In this document: piece by piece, positions 43,204 through 52,572 of the stretch
Position numbering within the stretch: the first letter of the stretch is position 1
How the letters are laid out: each line of letters starts with the position of its first letter
Assembly: GCA_965261545.1 (NCBI GenBank)
Contig: CBDHDF010000011.1
Location: 96,001 to 160,000 of the forward strand
Length of the DNA stretch: 64,000 nucleotides
Direction of reading: 5' to 3'
Source of the DNA: Bdellovibrionales bacterium
GTDB taxonomy: Bacteria > Bdellovibrionota > Bdellovibrionia > Bdellovibrionales > UBA1609
The notes under the pieces: model-generated
Seen by the model: only the letters and a program-made list of their open reading frames with translations
What the model was told of the DNA's origin: nothing
The model's database searches: none
Made by a program: the position numbers and the translations under genes

Positions 43204-43644
43204 ATGAAAAAGAAGCAAATCATTCAACCAAGAAGGAAAGAACTTGAAAAGGCTATTAGTGATTTTTGTGACCAATATATAAACGATGAGTATAAAAACC
43301 TCTGTCACGGTGTAGTAGCAAGAATGTCTCGAAAAAGACAAGTCCCTTACATGACAGGAAGAGTAGAAATTTGGGCTGCGGGGATTATTCATGCCATTGG
43401 GAGAATTAACTTTCTTTATGATAGCAAGACGTCACCATATGTTTCCATGGATGAGATTGTTGAGCACTTCAACACATCAAAAAGGACAGTGGGGCCAAAA
43501 GCAAAAATCATCATGGATATGTGTAAAATGAACCATTTTGACCCAGAATTCTCTACTCGCTATCTTCAGGAGAGGAGTCCATTTAAAAATCTTATGCAAA
43601 TTGAAAATTATATTTATCAAAAAGACCACCTTGAAGCTGAATGA
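43204..43644 (+). CDS. Passenger hypothetical protein (DUF6398-like)
   Basis: WAAGIIHAIGRINFLYD; RBS AGGAGG; lies inside the IS IRs. Confidence 0.7.
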   Translation: MKKKQIIQPRRKELEKAISDFCDQYINDEYKNLCHGVVARMSRKRQVPYMTGRVEIWAAGIIHAIGRINFLYDSKTSPYVSMDEIVEHFNTSKRTVGPKAKIIMDMCKMNHFDPEFSTRYLQERSPFKNLMQIENYIYQKDHLEAE

Positions 43645-43808
43645 TGGATTTCTTAAGTCTATTTCGCGACAGCGACTAACTTATAACTTGTCTAACAAAA
43701 GAGTGATTGATATGGTTATACGCAACTGTCAAGAAGGAAGGTGGCAGGGGTCAGAGTGTAAGTTACAAAATAAGTCACGAAACAAGTGACGGAACTTGCA
43801 ACCCTGGT

Positions 43809-44012
43809 ATGCTCTTTGAAAATTTAGCTTGGTTAACAACTGAAGAAACTGCACGCTATCTTCGCAAAAGCGTCAATGCCATCAGAATTTTGGTATATCG
43901 CAGAATTTTGAGAGCAAGAAAGTTTAGGCGAAGGCTGTATTTTAAAAGAGAAGAGTTGGAGATGCTCATTGAAACCTCACAACATATGGGAGGTTACAAA
44001 TGGCAATTTTAA
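43809..44012 (+). CDS. Excisionase-like HTH protein, copy 2
   Basis: As copy 1. Confidence 0.85.
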   Translation: MLFENLAWLTTEETARYLRKSVNAIRILVYRRILRARKFRRRLYFKREELEMLIETSQHMGGYKWQF

Positions 44013-45166
44013 CTTATGAAAAAAATGGAAAACAGCTTTTCCGAGTCTATGTTCAGGGGCGAGGAAAGGTAGACACTTCTATAAGGGTCCAAAAGAATAA
44101 ATTTAATATAGAGACTCTTAAGGATGCGTGCAAAGAAGAGAAAAGGCTTATTAGAGCTGTTTCAGATGAGATCAATAAGATCGAAGGACGAGGGCTGAAA
44201 TGGAGGGATATCATTTATCGCTGGGAAACCTATGCTTTGCAAGGACTTCTCGGAGATAAACAAAAAGACCCCCATTACATCAAGGACCATGTAAACCGAC
44301 TGCTCCATTATACAAAGCTTTGGCTTGACTGCGTGGCTTCCGAACTCACTAAGGGGGATGGAAGACTTGTCTTGAGTCAGGCGAAAGAAAGTGGAGGCAA
44401 GGAAGGTTCACTAAAAAAAATCAAATCCTCTGTAAATGTAGTCTTCAAGTGGGCTATTGAGGAAAAGCTGGTCGTTGGTGTTCACTCAAGCCCTACTGAG
44501 GGAGTTAATGTTTCAGACAAGGCGGAGAAGGTTCCTAAGATTCTCACCTTAGAAGAGATTAAAACTCTTCTCAAAGGAGCTAAAGAAGAGCAGCATCCTT
44601 GGTATCATATTTGGTCTTTTGCATTTCTTACTGGAATGAGAAGTGGCGAATTGAAGGCATTGCAGTGGAAGGATATTGATTTTGACCGACAAACAATATT
44701 GGTCTCCAAGTCCTACAGCCATCGCAAGCGAGTGATAAAGTGCACCAAAGCTGGTCACTGGCGAAATGTACCCATTTCCAATGACCTTCTGAAGATCATC
44801 ACTGAACTTCAGAGAGATAGTCATTGTGACCCTGAAGGCTTTGTCCTTCCAAGACATGGGACATGGACCAATGGTGAAGCCGGAAAGGTTTTGAGGACAT
44901 TCCTAAAGAAATATAACATAAATCAGCATGTTGTATTTCATACACTCAGAGCCTGTTTTGCGACCCATATGTTGGCTCAAGGGGTCAATCAGGCCACCGT
45001 TATGAAAATTGGTGGATGGAGAGATATTAAGACTTTCCAAATCTACGTTCGGCTCGGTGGGATTGAGGTCAAAGGTGCAACAGAGGTTTTGCAAGTGATT
45101 CCAACCCTTGACTCTCTCGCTCCTAAAGACAATGTAATCGGCTTTCCTTGGCACAAGGGCATATGA
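44000..45166 (+). CDS. Tyrosine integrase, copy 2 (intact)
   Basis: R (TGMRSGE), K (CTKAG), HxxR (HTLR), W (GW) and Y catalytic residues. Confidence 0.94.
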   Translation: MAILTYEKNGKQLFRVYVQGRGKVDTSIRVQKNKFNIETLKDACKEEKRLIRAVSDEINKIEGRGLKWRDIIYRWETYALQGLLGDKQKDPHYIKDHVNRLLHYTKLWLDCVASELTKGDGRLVLSQAKESGGKEGSLKKIKSSVNVVFKWAIEEKLVVGVHSSPTEGVNVSDKAEKVPKILTLEEIKTLLKGAKEEQHPWYHIWSFAFLTGMRSGELKALQWKDIDFDRQTILVSKSYSHRKRVIKCTKAGHWRNVPISNDLLKIITELQRDSHCDPEGFVLPRHGTWTNGEAGKVLRTFLKKYNINQHVVFHTLRACFATHMLAQGVNQATVMKIGGWRDIKTFQIYVRLGGIEVKGATEVLQVIPTLDSLAPKDNVIGFPWHKGI

Positions 45167-45887
45167 AACAGTAAAATAATTCTTCAGTTGAGAGATGCCT
45201 TTGGCATTTCTCAACATTTCTTAATGTTTGCTAACCATTGCTAAGTAGGTTAACTTAAACTACTGAAATTAATGGAAACTTTGACTAATTTATTCGACGC
45301 AATGCGTTTCGGTGTCTCTTATGGGCACCAATAGGCCGTATGTATGTAAAATAAATGGATTAAGGAGATCATCCATCATTTTTCTAGACCCTTTTTGAAA
45401 AACCGTTTTGCCAAAGGTTTAACTTTATTTGTGTCCCCTAGGCCGACAGATAATACTTTGAGTAACTTCTGAAATAATTTATTCATCGTATCGTTAGGAA
45501 AGGTAGAGTTACTAATAGAAAACATACAAAGCCGCTAAGATGGCCCTGCGCATTATGAAATCTTTGCGAAATTGGATGCATCCTTTCTTCAATATGTGTT
45601 GTGTGGAATATTAGGATATAACAATTTTCTGGCTTGATATATGGAGAACCTATACAAACTGCTAAATGGCGCTGTGAGTTATGAAGTTTCTGAAATATTT
45701 ACATGAGCTTTCTCTTAATCTTTTGTCCGGAATTAGGTTAATGAACTGCGTATCTAAAAGAAACTTGGAATAGCAGCCCCACCATGTATTGATTAAAGTC
45801 ACCAAAAACTAACAAGTAATTGAGCAATCATAAAAAATCTAGCTGTAGATTAAATTCTACCTGAATTTGAATACTAAGGAAAAGAAT

Positions 45888-46115
45888 ATGGAAAATATCG
45901 ATATCACTTTAATTTCTAGAATATGTACAATCTTATCTTTTCCGATAGCTCTCTTATCTTTTCTGATAGCCCTCTTATCCCACTGTACTTCAAGAAAAAA
46001 TAAAAGAGATATTGTAAACATAAAAAGCTCTATAAAGAACATAGACAGCTCAGCAACTAATATCTCAGTTCGTGGAAATAAGAATACTACAGCAGGAAGA
46101 AATATTGATGAATAA
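45888..46115 (+). CDS. Small single-TM protein with C-terminal amyloid-like motif
   Basis: RBS-like AAGGA; hydrophobic ICTILSFPIALLSFLIALLS; C-terminal NISVRGNKNTTAGRNI; stop overlaps the next ATG. Confidence 0.7.
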   Translation: MENIDITLISRICTILSFPIALLSFLIALLSHCTSRKNKRDIVNIKSSIKNIDSSATNISVRGNKNTTAGRNIDE

Positions 46116-46668
46116 TAATACGATAAATATAAATGGCAACAATAATATTGTTGCCGGTGGAGATATAATAGTAAAGAACATCCAAAGATTACCTTCTCTA
46201 CTAGGTTCAATACTACCATCCTTAATTGAAGCCATAGATACTTTTGATGAGTCTAAACAGCCTCCATCTAAGCCATATGAAATTGATAACAAGATAAATT
46301 TTAATAATTTATACGTTTATAAAAATTCGATAGAAAAATATGGTCTATTTGGAAATATTATAGATTCAATAATGGAAAATTTAGATACGTCAAAGCCAAT
46401 GTCGAAGAAGAAAATTTTTAGATATCTTGAAAAAAAATATGTAGATACAATAGCTAATTTAAACCTGAATAACCAATCTAAAATTGAAATTATAAAAATC
46501 AAGTCCGACGATATATTCAAAAAAACCATGTCGCAAATTAACGATGACCTGAAGGGAGCTGATACCGGAGATGTATCAATGGAAGACCTGGAAATTTGTA
46601 TTTTAGTTATTACATGTTATGGATTCATAAATTGTAAAATAATGGAGAATGTACCTGATGATTATTGA
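46108..46668 (+). CDS. ABC-three-component/Lamassu LmuA-like protein (C-terminal domain only, N-terminal N/G-rich motif)
   Basis: KINFNNL and terminal YGFINCKIMENVP resemble ABC-3C CTDs; upstream of the middle component and ATPase. Confidence 0.75.
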   Translation: MNNNTININGNNNIVAGGDIIVKNIQRLPSLLGSILPSLIEAIDTFDESKQPPSKPYEIDNKINFNNLYVYKNSIEKYGLFGNIIDSIMENLDTSKPMSKKKIFRYLEKKYVDTIANLNLNNQSKIEIIKIKSDDIFKKTMSQINDDLKGADTGDVSMEDLEICILVITCYGFINCKIMENVPDDY

Positions 46669-46897
46669 TAGAGATGTTCATCCAGATAGAAATCTTTTCC
46701 ATATAGGGGCAAGAGTACTTCAATTAATTAAAGAACATCAATTTGGTGTTATACCAATGATGGATTTGTTTGAAAGAACTAAAAATGTATTAGAGTGCTC
46801 TATTTCATTTGATGATTTCATACTTTCTCTCGATTGGCTCTTTATATTAGGGACAATAGATTCTAATGAAACAGGGGATATTATACGATGTTTTTAA
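46649..46897 (+). CDS. ABC-3C middle component / LmuC-like
   Basis: ~80 aa, HPDRNLFHIGARVL...ILSLDWLFILG; overlaps both neighbours. Confidence 0.8.
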   Translation: MYLMIIDRDVHPDRNLFHIGARVLQLIKEHQFGVIPMMDLFERTKNVLECSISFDDFILSLDWLFILGTIDSNETGDIIRCF

Positions 46898-48570
46898 GCA
46901 GACTCATTGTTCAAAAAGGTGAAAGAATAATTCAAGATATTCCCTTCAAGAGAGGGTTAAACCTAATCATAGATGAAACTCCAACTGCTAATAAAAAATC
47001 TGGAAATAATGTTGGAAAAACTACTATGGTTAGAGTCATTGATTACTGTTTAGGTGGGAAATGTGAAAAAATATATAAAGATCGAGAAACTAACACAGAA
47101 AACAAAGAGGTTAAGAAATTTCTACAATCTTCTCAAGTTCGAATTAAGTTGTTTTTAGAAGAAGCAAAGGATGGTCAATTACACGAAATTATTCGTTCAT
47201 ATGGAGAAAAATCAATCATAAATGGAGAGGAAAAAACAGAAAATGAATTTAAACAAGATCTGAATCAAATATTATTTCGATTAGATGTAAGTAAACCTTC
47301 ATCAAGAGAATTACTTGGTAAATTTATTCGAACTGAGAATTACCAGTTAGATAATATCTATAAATTCTTATATCCTCAAACTAAAAGACCAAAAGATGTT
47401 TACGAATACATCTATCTGTACCTATTTGGATTTCAAAATCATAAGGCTACTATAAGAAAAAATGATCTTAATGAAAATATAAAAAAAATAATTGATCGTG
47501 TTAAAGCTCTATCTCCTTACAAAGAAGGTGCTTTGACTCAGATTATTCGGGCTCTTGACACAGATATTAATATATTTGAGAAAAAATTAAAAAATTTTGA
47601 GATATCAAACTCACATAAAGAAAATCTTGAATCTTTAAAAGAAATAAGGGGAGAAATTTCTCAGCTATCTGTAAATATAAGCAATATAGATATCCAAATT
47701 AAATTAAATAATCAAACACTTAAGAATCTTGAAAAGACAAGATCATCTATTGATCCAAAACTTCTTCACAATATATATGATCAAGCAAATGCTTATGTCG
47801 AAACTCTTCAGAAAAGCTTTGAGGAGGCTCTGGATTTTCATAATTCAATGATTAGAAATAAAATGAATTTTGTTAATAAACATTTGTCATCTTTGATTCA
47901 AAATCGAAACAAAATGAAAGAAAGAATGGATATATTTTTTGAAGAGGAAAGAAAATTTCTAAGGGAATTATCTAGCAAAGGTGCTTTGGATGATTTAATT
48001 AAATGCAACCAAGAACTCTCATCACTAAAAGAGAAGAGGGGAGAAAAAAATGGCATTTTAAAAGAAAAAAAAGAATTAGAAGAAGAGCTAAACCAATACA
48101 ATGAAGAACTAAAAAACATAAATAATAAAATGTTGGAGTTTAAAGGCCGATTAGACAAAGAACTTGAAGATTTTAATACCCTATATAGAAAAATAACAAA
48201 GGAACTATATGACGAAGAATATATTTTTTCTTGTGAAATTGATAGAAATAGTAGGTATGATTTCTCATTATCAACCATGCATGGAACTGTTGGATCAGGG
48301 AAGAAAAAAGGACAGATATTAGCCTTTGATTTAGCGTATTTAAACTTTTTAGAGAAAAAAGAAGCAAATATATGTAGATTTCAAATCAATGATCGCCTTG
48401 AAGAGGTTCATTTAAACCAATTAAAGAGAGCTTTTGAGATTGCAAATAATATTGATGGGCAATTCATTGTTCCGATTCTTAGAGATAGAATTGAAGCCTT
48501 GGGTAAAGACTATATTCAAGAAAATAAGATCATTACTCTTTCACAAGAACAAAAGTTTTTTAAATTATAA
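46888..48570 (+). CDS. SMC-like ABC ATPase (DUF2326 / LmuB-like)
   Basis: Walker A SGNNVGKTT, long coiled coil, signature GSGKKKG, AFDLAY, Walker B FQINDRLE. Confidence 0.85.
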   Translation: MFLSRLIVQKGERIIQDIPFKRGLNLIIDETPTANKKSGNNVGKTTMVRVIDYCLGGKCEKIYKDRETNTENKEVKKFLQSSQVRIKLFLEEAKDGQLHEIIRSYGEKSIINGEEKTENEFKQDLNQILFRLDVSKPSSRELLGKFIRTENYQLDNIYKFLYPQTKRPKDVYEYIYLYLFGFQNHKATIRKNDLNENIKKIIDRVKALSPYKEGALTQIIRALDTDINIFEKKLKNFEISNSHKENLESLKEIRGEISQLSVNISNIDIQIKLNNQTLKNLEKTRSSIDPKLLHNIYDQANAYVETLQKSFEEALDFHNSMIRNKMNFVNKHLSSLIQNRNKMKERMDIFFEEERKFLRELSSKGALDDLIKCNQELSSLKEKRGEKNGILKEKKELEEELNQYNEELKNINNKMLEFKGRLDKELEDFNTLYRKITKELYDEEYIFSCEIDRNSRYDFSLSTMHGTVGSGKKKGQILAFDLAYLNFLEKKEANICRFQINDRLEEVHLNQLKRAFEIANNIDGQFIVPILRDRIEALGKDYIQENKIITLSQEQKFFKL

Positions 48571-48613
48571 CTTGATAAGGATGTGTGAAAGAATAACTTG
48601 AACGATTAAATCA

Positions 48614-50430
48614 GGGACTGTAAAAATAATTGTGTAACTGCAATTTTTTTCTTAAATCTTAAAGCCACTTATGTGGCTCCACTCCTGGTAAAAAGCACAG
48701 CCCCATATTATTCGTCAATGTATAATTGACATTTTTTCCTTCAAGCGATTTTGTCAGTCACAATGCATTATAATTTAATGGGGAGATGGAGCCGTAATGG
48801 GATCATATCAGAACTGGAAAGAACTCAAATAAATAATTATCATCTTGGTTGGAAAAAAATCAGCAATAGCTCTCTCAAAAAAATGGAAATTCCAATCTCA
48901 TCAAAGGGTTCATGTGTTTAGGTTCCCATACTATATTACCCCCTTTTTTTTATTTTTTTTAACTTGTGATATTCGAGAAATACCAGCATTGGGATGAAAT
49001 ATGAAAAAAAATGGAAACCCAAGTCTGCACCAAGAGGGCATGTATTTAGGTTCCCATACTATATTACCCTAACCATAGTCTCGTATTCCAGCATTTCTCA
49101 ACGCCTTAGAGGGCTTTTAAGCCCTCTTATAAGGGGACCTTATTTATTAAAAAACTTAGTTGTCAAAACGGTCACCGTATTCAATGGCAAACCTGTTCAT
49201 GGCTGGCTTCCAGTTGTGTAATGGTCGTGTCCATCGCTTAGAGGCCATTTTTATCGCTAAATATACAACTTTTAAAGCCGACCGATCACTGGGAAATATC
49301 TTACGATTTCTGATCGCCTTGCGGATCACGCTATTTAACGACTCTATGGCGTTTGTGGTATAAAAAATCTTTCTGATTTCATCCGGATAATCGAAAATAG
49401 TGATGAGATTGTCCCAATTCCTACGCCAAGACTTTTCAATATTCGGATACTTTGAAGACCACTTGGTACAAAATTCCTCAAGGGCCTTTTCAGCTTCTGT
49501 CAGAGTCGTAGAGCCATAAATGGACTTGAGGTCTTGGGCGACAGCTTTCATATCCTTGGAAGGAACATAGCGAAGGGAATTGCGGACCATATGGACAATG
49601 CACAGTTGCCTTTAGACTTGGGAAAAGCCGCTGAAATGGCTTGAGGAAAACCTGTAAGACCATCTACAGAAAATATAAATACGTCTTTCAACCCTCGATT
49701 TTGCAGCTCAGTCAAAACACTCAACCAAAACTTTGAACCCTCATTTTCAGAAATCCATAGGCCCAACAAGTCTTTCTGACCCTCCTCTGTAATACCAAGA
49801 GCTAGGTAAATCGCCTTATTAATAACTCTCTTGTCTTGATGGACCTTCACCACGATACAGTCCAAAAATACGATAGGGTAAGTGCTATCCAAGGGGCGGT
49901 TCTGCCAAGCCGTAACTTCATCAATAACAGCATCCGTCACGTTGGCTATCACTGAGTGGGATATCTCTGCACCATGGTAGAGGTCTTTGATAGCTCCTTG
50001 AATATCCCTGGTCGTCATTCCCCTCGCATAGAGGGTCAGAATACTGTCTTCAAAGCCCTCAAGACGAGTCTTGCCTTTGGGAATGACTTGGGGCTCAAAG
50101 GAGGCACTTCGGTCACGGGGGACCTGAAGCTCCACCTCGCCTTTCTCTCCCTTTATGGTCTTTCTACTGTAACCATTGCGAGTGTTGGATTTGCGGGTCT
50201 CAGACTTCTCATGCCTCTCATAACCTAGGTGATCGTCCATTTCCGCATTAAGAGCTGTCTCTAAAACAACCTTCATCAGTTGACCCGTTATGTCGGATAA
50301 ATCTTTTTGGGTCTTGACGTTCTTCGCTAGTTCCTTGCCTATTGTCTTGATATCCATTTTGCCTTCTCCTTTCAGGATGATAGTTCATCCTAATATGATT
50401 CGGCAGTTACACAAAATAGTTTACAGGCTC
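48614..50430 (-). mobile_element. IS256-family element
   Basis: Imperfect 28-bp IRs (GGGACTGTAAAAATAATTGTGTAACTGC / GAGCCTGTAAACTATTTTGTGTAACTGC); no TSD. Confidence 0.85.
49156..50357 (-). pseudogene. IS256 transposase with 1-bp frameshift
   Basis: VPRDR, FLDCIVVK, DGLTG and TTNAIESLN motifs; KVQLCIVH is broken by a missing base near 49609. Confidence 0.88.
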
Positions 50431-50795
50431 CATATTGAATCCACCCACGGACAGAGAATGAACATCTCTGTCAACTTTGCAGATATGGAGTTTTGGGGTA
50501 CACTCAAAACCCGAGATTCGTAATCCCATGATGAACTATAGTTTACCTGTCCATAGCTGGGCCGTTTTTAGTTCCACATCGCTTCAATCAGTATTTGTCA
50601 CAAAATCAGTCTTAATTTTGTGGAAATTGGCCTCTCTCATGGAGTCAATTTTTTAGATCTTTCTTAACTTATGACTTGTCTAACAAAGGAGTGATTGATA
50701 TGGTTATACGCAACTGTCAAGAAGGAAGATGGCAGGGATCAGGGTGTAAGTTAAAAATTAAGTCACGAGATAAGTAACGAACTTGCGACTCTGAT

Positions 50796-50999
50796 ATGCT
50801 CTTTGACAATTTAGCTTGGTTAACAACTGAAGAAACTGCACGCTATCTTCGCAAAAGCGTCAATGCCATCAGGATTTTGGTATATCGCAAAATTCTGAGA
50901 GCAAGGAAGTTTAGGCGAAGGCTGTATTTCAAAAGAGAAGAGTTGGAGATGCTCATTGAAACCTCACAACATATGGGAGGTTACAAATGGCAATTTTAA
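50796..50999 (+). CDS. Excisionase-like HTH protein, copy 3
   Basis: As copy 1. Confidence 0.85.
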   Translation: MLFDNLAWLTTEETARYLRKSVNAIRILVYRKILRARKFRRRLYFKREELEMLIETSQHMGGYKWQF

Positions 51000-52150
51000 C
51001 TTATGAAAAAAATGGAAAACAGCTTTTCCGAGTCTATGTTCAGGGGCGAGGAAAGGTAGACACTTCTATAAGGGTCCAAAAGAATAAATTTAATATAGAG
51101 ACTCTTAAGGATGCGTGCAAAGAAGAGAAAAGGCTTATTAGAGCTGTTTCAGATGAGATCAATAAGATCGAAGGACGAGGGCTGAAATGGAGGGATATCA
51201 TTTATCGCTGGGAAACCTATGCTTTGCAAGGACTTCTCGGAGATAAACAAAAAGACCCCCATTACATCAAGGACCATGTAAACCGACTGCTCCATTATAC
51301 AAAGCTTTGGCTTGACTGCGTGGCTTCCGAACTCACTAAGGGGGATGGAAGACTTGTCTTGAGTCAGGCGAAAGAAAGTGGAGGCAAGGAAGGTTCACTA
51401 AAAAAAATCAAATCCTCTGTAAATGTAGTCTTCAAGTGGGCTATTGAGGAAAAGCTGGTCGTTGGTGTTCACTCAAGCCCTACTGAGGGAGTTAATGTTT
51501 CAGACAAGGCGGAGAAGGTTCCTAAGATTCTCACCTTAGAAGAGATTAAAACTCTTCTCAAAGGAGCTAAAGAAGAGCAGCATCCTTGGTATCATATTTG
51601 GTCTTTTGCATTTCTTACTGGAATGAGAAGTGGCGAATTGAAGGCATTGCAGTGGAAGGATATTGATTTTGATCGACAAACAATATTGGTCTCCAAGTCC
51701 TACAGCCATCGTAAGCGAGTGATAAAATGCACTAAAGCTGGTTACTGGCGAAACGTACCCATTTCCAGTGACCTTTTGAAGATTATCACCGAGCTTCAGA
51801 AAGATGGTCACTGTGACCCTGAAGGCTTTGTCCTTCCAAGGCATGGGACATGGACCAATGGTGAAGCTGGAAAGGTTTTGAGAGCATTTCTAAAGAAATA
51901 TAACATAAATCAACATGTTGTATTTCACACACTCAGGGCTTGCTTTGCGACTCACATGTTAGCTCATGGGGTAAATCAAGCCACCGTTATGAAAATCGGT
52001 GGCTGGAGAGACATTAAGACTTTCCAGATCTACCTTCGGCTTGCTGGGGTTGAGGTCAAAGGCGCAACAGAGGTGTTGCAAGTGATTCCAACTATTGACT
52101 CTCTCGTTCCTAAAAACAATGTGATCGACTTTCCTTTGGCGCAAGGTTAA
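50987..52150 (+). CDS. Tyrosine integrase, copy 3 (intact)
   Basis: As copy 2. Confidence 0.94.
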   Translation: MAILTYEKNGKQLFRVYVQGRGKVDTSIRVQKNKFNIETLKDACKEEKRLIRAVSDEINKIEGRGLKWRDIIYRWETYALQGLLGDKQKDPHYIKDHVNRLLHYTKLWLDCVASELTKGDGRLVLSQAKESGGKEGSLKKIKSSVNVVFKWAIEEKLVVGVHSSPTEGVNVSDKAEKVPKILTLEEIKTLLKGAKEEQHPWYHIWSFAFLTGMRSGELKALQWKDIDFDRQTILVSKSYSHRKRVIKCTKAGYWRNVPISSDLLKIITELQKDGHCDPEGFVLPRHGTWTNGEAGKVLRAFLKKYNINQHVVFHTLRACFATHMLAHGVNQATVMKIGGWRDIKTFQIYLRLAGVEVKGATEVLQVIPTIDSLVPKNNVIDFPLAQG

Positions 52151-52572
52151 GAACATCTATGAAACAGTAAAATAATTCTTCAGTTGAGAGGTGCCTTTGG
52201 CATTTCTCAACATTTCTTAAATTTGCTAATCATTGCTAAATAGGTTTGTATAACCTATTGAAATTATTGGATATTCGGAGATTTTTATTCTCCGCTCCAA
52301 TAACAATGGGCAGGAACTTGAACCTCACCCATACTATCCTGTTCTCTACGAAAATCCATAAAGCTCTCCTCCATTTTTTCAGTCAGAATAATCACCGGGC
52401 AATACTTAAGTACAAAAACTAAATACGGAGAGAGGGGTGGCTTTCGCCACGCTCCGCGGGCTCAGCCTTTCCCTCTCCTTCCTTCTTGCCTTGTGCCCAG
52501 CCTGACGGCTGGCATGCTGAGGCTCGCTTCGCTTCGCCTGGAAAAGGGTAAAAGTGTAAAAGGGCAAAGGGG

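Larger units (their letters stand above)
41662..43676 (-). mobile_element. IS5-like element with passenger gene, copy 1
   Basis: Perfect 16-bp IR GTCGCTGTCGCGAAAT; 6-bp TSD TAACTT; 2015 bp. Confidence 0.92.

Noticed and set aside
41691..43223. 510-aa ORF overlapping the IS5-like transposase in another frame (also 61789-63321)
   Set aside because: Arg/Ser-rich shadow frame with no motifs; its presence in both copies only reflects their near-identity. A real overlapping gene cannot be fully excluded.
48911..49069. Possible CRISPR repeat pair
   Set aside because: Only two copies, a 97-bp gap, part of a longer duplication, and no cas genes.
27240..49615. 1-2 bp frameshifts in transposases as programmed frameshifting
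   Set aside because: The intact istA copy shows that those in copy 1 are deletions, and the IS256 site lacks a slippery motif. Decay or sequencing error is more likely.
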